The translations under genes were made by a program, and so were the position numbers. From Anolis carolinensis (taxonomy: Eukaryota), in the NCBI RefSeq assembly GCF_035594765.1, contig NC_085842.1:91302782-91366781 (forward strand): a DNA stretch of 64,000 bases. Direction: 5' to 3'. Positions within the stretch are counted from its first letter, which is position 1. Each line of letters begins with the position of its first letter. The notes beneath the pieces are model-generated. The model made no database searches. It was not told the DNA's origin and worked only from the letters and a program-made list of their open reading frames with translations. Positions 51,203 to 63,904 of the stretch are shown piece by piece.

Positions 51203-53844
51203 TACTTTTATCTTTGAGCTATTGGTTTTGGGGGGGGGATGGCAAAATTCGGGAGGGTGGCAAAATTTAGGGGGGGGCAAAATTCTGTTTGCCTACACTT
51301 GAAAATTATCTAGAGCCGGCTCTGACCCCAGGTTAAGTTGCATTAGATTTTGTGCATTGTGTGGACGTATTATACGAATGCGTTTCCTACACTACATTAA
51401 ATGGCAGTGCAGATGCAGTGTAGGAAATGGGTCACATAGAAACATTACATATGCAGAAATGTAAATGTAAGGAGTTGTCATTTGCTGAAGTATTAGCACT
51501 TTTGAGGGCTAAAGACATTGTAAAACTACAACTCCCAGGTATGATTGAGCTATGGTAGTTAAATTGCTGTTAAATTACATTAATTCTAACAGTGTAAATG
51601 CATTCATGGAAGCCCTCAAGCACCACTGAACAGATGGAAAGATGAATAAATTGTGAAATGGATGATAAACAGAGAGAACCCTGCTCACTTGAGAGAGGAG
51701 TGTGATGGCTCAATAAAAAGAATACAAGAACACTATTTCTATCTTATATTGAATGATAGTCTCATGTATTTTAATAGTTGCAATGAATAAAAAGGAAAAA
51801 AATTTTTTTACTTGGAATTAGAAAAAGGCCCCCAAAATGTTCTCATTTATCAAACCTGTAGTGCCCAAAGCAGGCTATATTATACTGCTCACATAAGGCT
51901 TGGCAGTCACTGAGGCCCCATCTACACTAAGCATATAACGCAGTTTCAAAATGGGGCCCCAGCTATGTTTGAGCTGAAAGGGAGGAGACTCTATAATTAT
52001 TTTACTAATTCCTACTCCACTTGCTTAATGCAGGCTCCTCTGAGAGTTAAAGTTGACTTAAATGTCTTCATTGCTTGAATATTGCTTGTAATTGTGACAC
52101 ACATGTACATTTAGAATATAGAGTTAAACTAACATTTTTTTTTAAAAAAAAAAAGGAAGTTGAAAATGAGTTAATCTTGGAGGCAAGGAAACTTGCATGG
52201 AGGCAGAGAAGAGGGACTTAACAGAACTTGTTAAAAACAGATGTTCTGAAATATGGGACACATACAAACATAACACATGCAGAAAGTTATTCAGAACTAT
52301 GTCACTGCATAACTTTAGCTTTACCCAATACAATTGTTTTTAAAATATACAGTATATAAACTTTTTGCTGAAGCCTTAGTTCTTTGGATTATCTGATTAC
52401 CATGTGTTCATCTCCTCTGTTTGTACAATTGAAACTAATGAATGAATTTATTCTTGTAGTAGAGCCAGGAGTAATGCAAAACATATGCTGTATAGGTTTT
52501 CCCACCCATTTCTGTCAATGCATTTTAGCCAGAAATGACAGTTTCTCTGTTATTTTAATATTCTTTCGTTTTTATTCTGCTTGTCTTCAAGAAATTGCAT
52601 GTTTCCACTCCTTCCCCTTTTCCCTGGTTTTATTGTCTGAGCAACCTTCTCAAGGAGGTGAGGCCGAGATAGAGTGACTAGCAAATATTCTGTAAGCTTC
52701 GTGGTAGAGAATGAATTTGAACCTGGTTTCCCTGGACTCAATCCAGTACTCTAACAATATAGAGAAGCTTGAAAGGGAATGTAAGCAAAGGAAAAAAGAA
52801 TTTCATCACATCTATGTAATGACCTATAAAGCCCTATATGTCTTGGGTCCAGAATAAATGTAGGGCCATATCCCTCCATAAGAGACTGATGGAGTTTTAA
52901 GATGAAAGGAGAGCTTTCTCTAGGTCTCGACAGCTTCAAAGACACATTCAGTGCTGACCTGGAAGAAAGTCTTCTTGGGGTTTGCTGCCAGGCTATGGAC
53001 CTCTGCCAAAGGAATTCAGATTGGCCTACTCTCCTTCCACCAGCTGGTAAGGTATAGAACATATTGCAGTGAACCTGTCTTTGAGCAGATAAGTCAGAAA
53101 AAGAGAGAAAGGAAAAGGTTTTGGTTCCTATTTTGATTACATGAAACACAGCAGCACCTTTAAAGCAGATATTATGGGAGGAGGAACTTCTCATCTGATT
53201 GGACCATTTTATAAGCAGATACATTAGCTGTTTTAATGTCAAACAAACAAAATAATCTTAGGGTTCTTTGAGAAATTACAATTTTCTATGCTTGGGCCAG
53301 AAGCAAATAAATATTCATCTACTGGTGAATTAAAATATAGTTCACAAAAGCTTAGGCTGAGGCATACAGTTACATATCTTCATGATCTCAATGCTCTCAA
53401 TGAGCATAAGAACACTGAATTTTCTGCTGAATTGTGGTCTTGGTGTTTTCATTTGTTAGGACTGCTTTGCGTTAGAGATGCTTGGCAGGCCACCAAATGG
53501 GTGTGTTTACATGGCAAGATGCAGTTGCCAAGTTGCAATAACTAGAACGTCATAGAAATGAGCTAGGAATGTTGGACACCACCCACTTAAAGTAAAACTT
53601 TGTTCTGCAATGTCTAAAAAGATATTTGTCACAAGGAAACAAGTCAAGCTAAATGAACATAAACTCATTGGTCATGATAAAATTAAGTGCTCTTAATTTA
53701 GTGCCAAACATGGACAATGCAGTTTATGTATTCTTCACCTGCAGGTATTAGTGTGCTTATAAATTCAGTGGCTTTGAATTTTCTCATTGAGGATGTCAAA
53801 AATGTCATGTCAGAAAATGTTTTCTTTTTAAATTACCCTGTTGT

Positions 53845-54250
53845 TATATTCATGTATAATTCTAGAAATTGTAGTCAAAAAATCAACCCCAAAACCTGGG
53901 TCGACTTATCCATCGGTCAATGTGAGTCCTGCCCCGCAGCTCTTACAAAAAGGGAACCATCACGTTGTCTGAGTAAAGTAGTGAAAGACAAGAGCTTAGT
54001 CCATCCCAGAAGATCCTAAAAGAAGCACTGACTTCATTTAGCCTCTCCACTATGAGCCCACTTCTGGCCTTTTCGAAAGTCCAGGTGAGGAAATGGTGGC
54101 AGGGACCCCTGGTCCCCAAGGTGGCATTGGTATTTTCTCTTTTTTTCATAGTGACCCTCAACTTATCCATAGATAATATCAAAATCCATAATTTCGGTCC
54201 CAAATCCTGCCCTCAACTTATACATGAGGTTGACTTACAGAAGAGCATAT
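53845..54250. mobile_element. Decayed Tc1/mariner-type non-autonomous element
   Basis: Repeated TCGACTTATCCAT / TCAACTTATACAT / TTGACTTA subterminal motifs. Confidence 0.5.
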
Positions 54251-55573
54251 AATATAGATGTCTTTGTGCCAATAGAAATGGCTATTTTTAAGTGAAATTG
54301 TTCTTTGTATTTATGCAGCTTGAAAACATTTGAAACAGGCAACTGTTCACCTTGCCCTTCAGTGAACCTCTGGAAACATGAAACTTAAATGGAGAACTGG
54401 AGCAGGTAACGACACAAAATTCACTGTAGCTTAATAGGACTAAGTTATCTCAGTACAGCTTCACAACACGAAATTGTAGCTTACATAGGCTTGATTTTTC
54501 TCTCCAACCAATACACCAAGGACTTGCATACTAGTTCAGTGGATTTTCTGCACAATTACAGATTATTGCCATGGCAACCGACCACATCACATGATAACTT
54601 TGTTACCTTTGAGACTAGAAAACAGCCACTTAAACAAATGCATATAATCTAGTAATGGGACTTTTTTAAAAAAAAAACTGTTGGCCTCACATTGTTTTAA
54701 AAGTAATTCATTGCCTTTTCTCATCTTGGTATTTTTGTTTATTTTAAAAATAATTTAAATTTTTGCAGTTAATAAAATCTTTTCTCCATCTCATGATAAA
54801 ATGAACGAGATAAACATGGTTAAGCAAATAAAAAAAGAGAAGCCTTTAGTTTAAAAAGCTTAAAATCAATAACATAGGCAGTTGATAGAGATGGGGGAAA
54901 ACCCTTTCCCTGACCACTTTCTTTAGAGCTGTCATTTTTTACTCAGTTCCAGTAGTAGTGAAATTTCTGATTTGCATCCATTGTGAGCTAAATCCAGTTT
55001 TAGTCCCAACTAGAATGAACCCATTGAATCAATGTCATTGACATAAATTCTGATTGATAAAGTTTATATTAATTTATTGGATGTAGTTGGGATTAATTAT
55101 TGCATTTAGCACTTCTGGTTGAGGTAATATACACATATGTGTCCAAATTATACTTGAAACCATTTTTTTCAATTTCATATGTATGTATTGCAAACAAACT
55201 TAATACAATACATATATATTACATACATGTTATTGAAATATAGAGCAAATAGAAAAGTTCTGTTCTAGTCAAAGAGTTGGTTTATCTGTTATAGGGTCCA
55301 CCTTTTTAGTATGGTTTAATACCAAGAATAGCAGAATGATGAGTACAAATAATCATGGAATAATCCAATAAAAATAGATTTTAATCATTTATTTATTTAT
55401 TTATTTATTTAATTTATATACCGCTCTTCTCCCCCAGGGGGAGATCATGTTGGTTTTGTTGTGAGGACAAGAAAAGCAAATACAGACCAAACGTTATCTA
55501 TGGAAAAGTCAATTGGGAAAGATGAAGACATTCTCTAGAAATGATATAATTAGGTATGGATAATTCTATACTA

Positions 55574-55696
55574 CAGTGGTTCTCAACTTGGGGTCCCCAG
55601 ATGTTTTTGGATTTCAACTCCTAGAAATCCTAACAGCTGGTAAACTGGCTGGGATTTCTGGGAGTTGTAGGCCAAAAACATCTGGGAGAACCACTG
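55574..55696. mobile_element. hAT MITE
   Basis: CAGTGGTTCTC / GAGAACCACTG TIRs; TSD CTATACTA / TTATACTA; internal palindrome. Confidence 0.85.
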
Positions 55697-56130
55697 TTAT
55701 ACTACATATGACTGCCTCAGGAAAAAAGATATTATGTGCAGTGGAATTTATTACTTGGTAAGTTGCACAATGTTGCAGGCATTTGCATCCATTATTTTCC
55801 ACCCATGTACCCAGGAGTAAGTCTCCATGAACACAATCAGACTATATTCTCAAAAAATATGTAAGACAGTATATGAGACAGTGCTAACTCCTCTCTGCTT
55901 TTCAAAAGTCTATAGCAGAGGACAGGCAATGGAGTCAAAACATATCATTTGCAATGATCCAACTAGTTACTTGAGCTGGATTCCACTACTATTACCAGAA
56001 TCGGAATCCTCTTCACTGTTGCAGCAATCTCCTATGCACTAAAGCTGCCTCTAAAGGGCTAAAATCGTCCTGAAGTAGGTCTTTAGGGTGAACAGGGAGC
56101 AGGGAAAGCTGCCATAGTTTTCATTTGCTA

Positions 56131-56282
56131 NNNNNNNNNNNNNNNNNNNNNNNNNNNNNNNNNNNNNNNNNNNNNNNNNNNNNNNNNNNNNNNNNNNNNN
56201 NNNNNNNNNNNNNNNNNNNNNNNNNNNNNNNNNNNNNNNNNNNNNNNNNNNNNNNNNNNNNNNNNNNNNNNNNNNNNNNNNN
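56131..56282. other. Assembly gap
   Basis: N run. Confidence 1.
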
Positions 56283-56837
56283 AAATGCATATTAGATATT
56301 GTGCTTCATGGAGAACTGGCATGTTCATTTCAGTAGTCTATGTAAAGATATGTTCTATGAACAGTATGTCACTCTAAGAGAAGGGAGCTCTGAAATGCTA
56401 AAGCAACAAAAACAAAACAAAAAAAAAACCCCAAACCATAATGGTGAAATGAAACAAAAAACAAGGATGTTTGAATCCTGTGTGCAGTTTGTTCAGTAAG
56501 GTCATGTCAGTGTCTGGAACTACTGAGAGTCTCTTAGCTTCCTCATAAGTGGCAGCAGACTTGTTGATGAGGGGGCCTGTAGTCGATGAGAAGAGCAAAC
56601 GAACAGGACTGTGAAGGGGGAAATTGTCATCTTACTGCAACAGAAATAGTACAAAGTCCATACACAAAGTTTCTAGCTTTCCATTCCCCATTAAAATACA
56701 CATCCTGAAAAATATCATTTGTGGGAGTTGAGAGAATAATGCTGTTGGGAAAGAAACAAGTCAATTTTTAAAATAAATTCTACAGTAGATATTTTTGTGT
56801 TTCTGGCAAAAACCAAATCAAAATGTACAGATGGCAC

Positions 56838-57126
56838 CAGCTGAGAATCCCTTATCTGGAGTTCTGAAACCTACAACAATCCAAAATGATCCACATAGCC
56901 TGACATAGATAATTGAGATAGTGGTACATTTGCTTTCTGATGGCTGATGCCCAGAATATTTAAAATATTGTATATTTTCAGGCTATGTCAATGAAGTGTA
57001 TATGAAACATAAATATGGTCATGCTTCATTTTGGGTTGCATCTCTAAGATATTCCATTATGTACATATGTGCAAACACCAAATTGTTTTTAGTCCCAAAC
57101 ATTTCAGATAAGGGATACTCAGCCTG
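56838..57126. mobile_element. Tigger-like MITE
   Basis: CAGCTGAGAATCCCTTATCTG / CAGATAAGGGATACTCAGCCTG|TA. Confidence 0.75.
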
Positions 57127-57467
57127 TATATGACATGGTTTTACTATTAGATTTGAAAAATAGGATTTTCTCTTCTCTCATTCCCCCCCCCCCCAATTTT
57201 ATGGAGAAAAACTGCCATAATCCCCTAGTCAAGAAGTCCATTTTCCAAGCATGGTTCATTTCTCCTTATTTGTTCTGGCAAACATTGTTTACCGTTACAT
57301 TTCAAACAGCATATTAAAGTTTGCACTTGCCCCATAAATTAACTTCAAGCTGAAATTTCCATTTCCATTTTGGACAAAATGGCAAACTATGAGCTTTTCC
57401 AAACATGTTGTCAGTAAGGAACTGAAACACTGTATTTCAATAGTTGCCACCGCATAATAGTTGCACC

Positions 57468-57745
57468 CAGGGCCGTAGCCAGAAAAAAATTTCGGGAGGG
57501 GTTTTGAAAATTTCGGGGGGGGGGGGTGTTAACCCCTAGCACACACCCCTCCCCGCTACAAACCTGTCAATATCTGCTTGAAATAGTGCCTGGAGGGACT
57601 CTTAATGTTTTGTGTCTCATAGACTTAGCATGGGAATTTGGTTAACCAGTTAAAATTCATGAGTAAACCAGGTTCTTTTTATAACGAAAAATTTCGGGGG
57701 GGGGGGGGGTTGAACCCCTAAAAAAAACCCCTCGCTACAGGCCTG
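57468..57745. mobile_element. Young hAT MITE with G-tracts
   Basis: CAGGGCCGTAGC / GCTACAGGCCTG TIRs; perfect TSD GTTGCACC (57460-57467, 57746-57753). Confidence 0.88.
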
Positions 57746-58024
57746 GTTGCACCTCCTCTTTTTGGTCCCAAAATTATGGAGTTTCCACTTTTCTCGTGTA
57801 ATTGTCACACCTTGTGAGCCACACCGATGTATTGCTGGCAGGCAAGCTGTATGCAGTCTAGCTAGCAAGGGAAGGATCCAGGCTTTCCCCGTGCACCTGC
57901 TCCCCTTGCAGTTATGGCTCTTCACTGAGTTGAGTCTGAAAGCTGGTATTGTCACTCCCCATGCTTTTGGACTCGACCCAGTGAAGAGTCATAACTCTTA
58001 AAAGTCTAGTTATAGCCACTTCTC

Positions 58025-58410
58025 CCGTATAATCTGCCCTGAACACTGAGGTCCTCTGGGGAGGGGGGGGGCATCAGCTCCAGCCTGCCAGTACCTGACT
58101 GGCAACCACTGTCCAGAAGACCTTTTCATTGGCCACCCCATGACTGTGGAACAACCTGCCGGTAGAGCTCCAACAGCTAGATTAACAGTTTGAATTTAAC
58201 ACACAAGTGAAGACCTATGTCTTCTGGCAGGCCTACCCAGACAATTTTAATGACAAATTTTAAACTTCCACTTTATGTCTAACTTTTGTTTTGTGCATTG
58301 TAATATGTATTATATGGAAATATGTGGGAGTGTTTTATATGTTTTAGCAAAGTTGTAACCTACCTTGAGCCATGAGGAGAAGTGGGTAAGAAATAAAATT
58401 ATTATGATTA
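58025..58410 (+). mobile_element. L2 3' fragment, decayed
   Basis: FSLATP.LWNNLP-like motif; TTGTAACCTACCTTGAGCC end and AAT tail. Confidence 0.6.
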
Positions 58411-60905
58411 TGATTATTTGTATTCTATCACATTTGTAGACCTGTATTAGGTTTGCCATGCCCTTTCCCCAATAGGTTCTGTATCTTAAATAACTACAGA
58501 GAAACCAAGTAGAGCTTTCTTCAAGTTTGAAAAAAAATGTACCTATTCCATTTGGCCAATTCAGAGGTCTGAAAATTTCACTCAATGTGTATTCAAACAA
58601 ATACATTTTTTTCATAGGAAGGGGAGAAAAAATCCTGAGAAACATGGGGATTTTTTTTCCTGAAATTAAAGGAATGAGTATTTTAGAAAAGTATGTCTTT
58701 TTGATGGGCTTACAGCAATATATACCTGGCAACAACTTGAGTGGTATGGGTTTTCTCAAATATTAGCACATGTTTACAGAATTTCAAGAATATGTATGAC
58801 TTCAAAAATATGTAAAAATCCTATACCCACCTTCCTCTGACCTTTGCCACAGTTCAAATTACTCTAATGAAATTTTTTAAATAAACAAAACTTGAATTTT
58901 TATTATAATGAATGGATATGTTTCCCTACTCAGACCATTCTCTGGCTATTTTTTCATACAAGGTTAAATGAATTTCTGAGATTTCATCAATAACTTTTGA
59001 ATTAAGAAATAGTTTTCTGTTCAGAAAAAAGCATTATTTTCGTGTAATTTGAGTTGGTGGTGTTTTATGAGGGGGTTACTCGTTCCCAATTTCTGCTCCA
59101 GTATATTTTTTTCTGTGTTAAAGAGCTGTTGACGCCTCAGGGAAAATACCAAAACAGATCCTATCTAGAAACAATCCCCTTTCTCTGAGTAATAGCTTTA
59201 TTGTGCTAATTTTGCAGGTATTTGCATGACTTTAGTTCTGATTCTTCTCCTCTAAAGCTGCAGTTCGATTGCCTTTTACTCAAGAGCAAATCACATTGAA
59301 TCCAGTAGGACTTCCTTCTAAGGAAGTATGCTTAAGCTTGCTTTTTAAGGTAAATTGTATGGCATCTATTGTTTTTGCATTTCTGACTCAAAATGAGACT
59401 CCACTAAAGTAAAGTGCACAAAGACAATAGAGAAGATTTTGTACCTATGTTTTTCATGTTAATAGCCTCCATTGTAGGCATAAGAAATTCATCTATTGTA
59501 AAATATAACCTAGATTTGTTTCTTAATGCATTTTTAGAGATACCTTATGGGGGAAGTATATCAAAACACTTGATGTTAGCAGAAATTTTGCTTCCTTCTT
59601 TTCTTAACAAGGTTATTGCCTTCTGTAGTTCTTTCTATTTAAATATTCTGTCAAAGAAACACAGTTTTGTTATAAACCTTACCGTTGCAATCAATCTGTT
59701 TCCATCCCCTCCAGGGTCTTGTCTTTAGCTTGGACCTTTCTTATCTTTTTCCTCCTGCTTAAAGAACAGGAAGTAAAAGATCCAGCTGCGTTCTTGCATA
59801 GTACTTTAATTTTGCAGCACAATGAAAGCATAAAGCGAAATGTGATTTTGTAGCTGTCACACCAAACTGTGAAGAGATGCATAGCTATCCATAGTTTGTG
59901 GACAGGATTCTGAAGATGCCAGCCCAGCATTAAAAATATTTTAAAAACAAAACAGAACAAAACGCCGTCAGCAGGACTTCATCAGATTACACTGGGAAGT
60001 GTTCGGAAGAAGAGAGTTCAGTCTAACTCCAATTTGTAATAAAATTGAGTTTTTTCCTACTTTTTAATCACACAGTTTTACTTTATCAGTGCACTCAGTT
60101 GTCTTGCGTATTCTTTCAAGGAAGAGGTCACCACACTGTAGACATCTGGTCCTGCCCACCATTCCTCTCGGTGCTTTTTGGTACTTCAATCCCACAATTC
60201 CCAACAGCAGGGAAGGAGGGAGAGAGAAGGAATGGAGGGAGGGAAACCCTTTTGAAAGGCGCCAGCACTGGCCCTCCTAACGCAGGACACAGACAAATCA
60301 TGGAAGGAAGGAAGAAAGGTGCCCTAAAAGGGTTTTTTTGGGGATTTGTTTTTTTTTGTTTTTTTTGCAAAGTAGAAGCATTATGAGGTAGCTTACCACC
60401 ACACATTCCTTCTTGGGGAACAAAAGGAAATGGTGGAAATTTCCCAAAAAACTTTATTTTGACTCCTCCCCCAATTTCTCCTCCCACAAATTGGGTGATC
60501 CTAACCTGAGAGCAACGAGGGCTACTTCATTAGAAATCTGGCAAAACATCCGGAGTTTTGAGAAAAATCAATTTCCTCACCTCTTCCTGATACGTTAGAA
60601 AAAATGCTGCCCTCAACGTTTAAAAGATTCAAAAACTGCTATATTCTACACTTTCTCCAAAACTAATGTGGTGAACCCAGTGGATTACCAGATTTTAAGT
60701 GCAGAACTCAGTAGAATTTAAGTTATGTGATGAAGTGATAAGAAATAAAGTTTTGGATTGTGGCATCGTTAATCTCAAAATTACATATAGTTAGTTGTAC
60801 CAGATAGCATTGACCCATTGATGGAACTTTTGAAAGGCAAATCAACACTTGTAACTCCCATTGGTTTAGTGGGTTTACTCTGCTCATGATTAGTAATTGT
60901 ACTGA

Positions 60906-61056
60906 GGCCCCTTACACATAGTTGAATAAAATCCCACATTATTTGCTTTGAACTGGAATATATGGCAGTGTGGACTCAGATAACCCAGTTCAAAGCAGAT
61001 ATTGTGGGATTTTCTGTCTTGATATTCTAGGTTATATGGCTGTTGCGAAGGGCCCC
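60906..61056. mobile_element. Harbinger-type MITE
   Basis: GGCCCCTTACACATAG / GAAGGGCCCC ends; close homolog of 47681-47827. Confidence 0.8.
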
Positions 61057-61918
61057 CAAGCATCTGAATTGTTGCTCCTCATTTACTCTCCTCTTTTTAA
61101 CTTCTCTAATGCATGGGGATTACTTTCTCTATTATTCATATGATAGGATGGTGTGATGTTCAAAACCTGAAAATTAGTAGTAATGAAAAAACTGTTTGCT
61201 GCTTGAGTTTCAAGTAAAACTGTTTTGAGCAATATAGGAGGTAAGAAAGTAAATGAACAAGAACATATATACATATGGCTTATTCATGATCCTCTATGCA
61301 CTATCATTTAGAAGACTGATTTAATGTGGCCTGTGGGTGTATCTACATGGGTCGTTTACTGTGGGTGTGATGTCTTGCCTAGCTTTTCCCTCCTCTGTTC
61401 ATTTCCTGGTGTAATTCTCCCTTTGGTGTGGACATTACCATTTGCATTTAGTTTTAGGGGGGAACCTAACCCCCCCCCCAGAGGCTTGGGTGAGTTGGTT
61501 TAGCCCTGATGCCTCAAAGCTTAACTGAGAGGCTTTTCCCTCCCTTTTGGCTTTTCTGTGTCAGAGTTTCAAAGAAGGCTAGAAATTGTCTGGGTTCCTT
61601 GGCCTGGCAATCCAAACAGGCATTCTATAGCTTGTACTTTACCATATAGCCATTATAGTCCAATGCCTACCAATCAATAGCCAAGTACTTTACTAACATA
61701 GCTTAGGTTATTTTACTATATAGTTATAATAGCATGTACTTTACCATATAATTACTATAGCAAGTATATTCCATAGCACTTATATACCGTATAGTTTATA
61801 AAGCTTAGTGTACTTACCTATAGCCTAGTATATACCAAATAGTTATTGAAGCTCAGGGTATATACCTTATAGCTATTATAACCTAGAGTACATACCTTAT
61901 AGCCAATATAGCATAGAG

Positions 61919-63178
61919 CAGGGGTCACCAAACTATGGCCCGTGGGCCACATGCGGCCCCTCGGAGCCATTTATCTGGCCGTTATGGCAGTGGTTCCCTC
62001 CTCCTCTGCCAAGGAAAGTGCGTGTGGCATGAAGGAGAAGGAGAGAAAGGCATGTGCCTTTCTCATCTCCCTCACCCCGTGGGCACCTTCCCCACTGCTG
62101 CTGCCGCCAAAAAAGCATGCATGGGGAGTGGGAGGAGGAAAGGGCACACACATTTCTCTCCTCCCTCACCCAGCATGCACCTTTCTCGCCACCACCGCTG
62201 AGGAAGGTGCGGGACTGCCGCCACTGTGGAACTTGCACATGGGGTGAAGAAAAGGCATGTGCCTTTCCTCCCTCGCTTTGCATGTGCCTTTCCTGCTGCT
62301 GCCGCCACTGCTGCTGCCTAGGAAAGCACTCACAGGGTGAGGGAAAGGCATGCGCCTTTCTTCCCTCGCCTTGCGTGCCCCTTTCCTGCTTCTGCTGCTG
62401 CTGCCGCCGAGGAAAGTGTGTGTGCCTTTCCTCCCTCGCTCCGCATGCCCCTTTCCTGCCGCTGCTGCAACCACTGCCAAGGAAAGCGCTCACGGGGCGA
62501 GGGAAATGTGTGCGCCTTTCCTCCCTCGGTCCGCATACCCCTTTCCTGCTGCTGCTGCAACCACTGCCAAGGAAAGCGCTCATGGGGCGAGTGAAAGGTA
62601 TGCGCCTTTCCTCCCTCGGTCCGCATGGCCCTTTCCTGCTGCCGCTGTCAACGCCGAGGAAAGCGCTCATGGGGCGAGGGAAAGGCGTGCGCCTTTCCTC
62701 CCTCACCCACGTGAGCCTTTCCCACTGCCGCCACCACTGCCACCAAGGAAAGCGCGCACGGGGTGAGGGAAGGGCGTGCACCTTTCCTCCCTCGCCCCGT
62801 GCGTGCCTTTCTCACTGCTGCTGTGTTTATAGCATCAATGGAATGCAGCAGGAGGTTCACTGGGCTAGTTGCTTTTGGAAGAAGCAAGGGTAATGACTTC
62901 TGAAGGGCATTTTTACTCCTGGGGAAAAGTCAGCGAGTATTTCCAGTGGAGGGAAAACAATGTCCTGTGGCAGCTTTAAAAGCAGAGAAATGTTTTATGA
63001 ATTTTTGTAGAACTTATAATCAAATAATTGTTGTGTTGTAGTAGTAGTGTTATTATTATTGTAGTAGTAGTAGTATTGTTGTTGTTGTTGGTCAGTGGTG
63101 CTTTATGTTTTGGTTCACAAAGGCAGAAGGGGATTGGACTATTTGGCCCAAGAAGTCTCTTCCAACCATGTTTATTAT

Positions 63179-63227
<49 letters not shown>

Positions 63228-63484
63228 GGTGGCTATCTGTCAGGGGTGCTTTGATTATGGTGTGGTGCACAAAAGCACAAAATGATGATGATGATGATCA
63301 TCATCATCATTATCATTATTATTAACATTGAAGCTGTATTTGTTCCCTTTTTTTACTTCAAAATAAGATATATGCAGTGTGCATAGGAATTTGTTCATAG
63401 TTTTTAAAAAAACTATAATCCGGCCCTCCAACAGTCTGAGAGACCGTGAACTGGTCCCCTGTTTAAAAAGATTGGGGACCCCTG
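61919..63484. mobile_element. Composite non-autonomous hAT related to 33416-34732 (opposite orientation)
   Basis: CAGGGGTCACCAAACT / AGATTGGGGACCCCTG TIRs; TSD GCATAGAG / GCCTAGAG. Confidence 0.88.
62005..62822. repeat. GC-rich ~90-bp tandem array of hairpin units
   Basis: AGGAAAG unit starts at 62320, 62410, 62480, 62570, 62657 and 62746, with more degenerate units upstream. Confidence 0.85.
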
Positions 63485-63904
63485 GCCTAGAGGATATTTA
63501 ATATAGCTATTAAAGCTTAGAGTATTTTACCATTATTAGTGTAGTATTTTACCATTATAGTTTATACCTTACCTCCATAGCCTAGTACAAACCTTATAGT
63601 TATTATAATTTGTACCTTACCATTATAGCCAATTACTTCACTTTATAGACAATATAGCCAGGCATTTATCACTATAGCCTGCATTTTCCATCAAAATAGT
63701 ACTATATTATTATAGTTTGGAGTATTCCACCACATAACCATTATTAGTATAGTGTACTTCATTATAGTTTTGTACTTTGCCATCTTGCTTCTGTATTGTA
63801 TTAATAACCAAGTGACTTACCATACTTATATTCAAGTATTTTACCTCATACTATACAAATATAGTCAAGTGTTTATTTCCAGTGTAACTAAGTTCAATCA
63901 ACAG

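Larger units (their letters stand above)
49631..51324. mobile_element. Composite non-autonomous hAT transposon with multiple captured fragments
   Basis: TIRs CAGAGCCGG / CCGGCTCTG; perfect TSD ACCCCAGG (49623-49630, 51325-51332). Confidence 0.9.
61625..63870. repeat. Degenerate AT-rich TATAGC / TACCTTATAG minisatellite split by a hAT insertion
   Basis: Recurring AGTAyATACCTTATAGC-like units at 61625-61918 and 63485-63870. Confidence 0.65.

Noticed and set aside
59715-60030. Possible exon after the acceptor CCCCTCCAG|
   Set aside because: Frames close quickly, there is no clear donor, and no recognisable protein; it cannot be supported without transcript data.
62005-62822. CRISPR-like array of palindromic repeats
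   Set aside because: Units are ~90 bp and degenerate, linkers are trinucleotide-like rather than unique spacers, there are no cas genes, and the context is vertebrate.
61933-62893. 282-aa and 279-aa ORFs on opposite strands
   Set aside because: They are translations of a GC-rich tandem hairpin array inside a hAT and show no protein-like domain.
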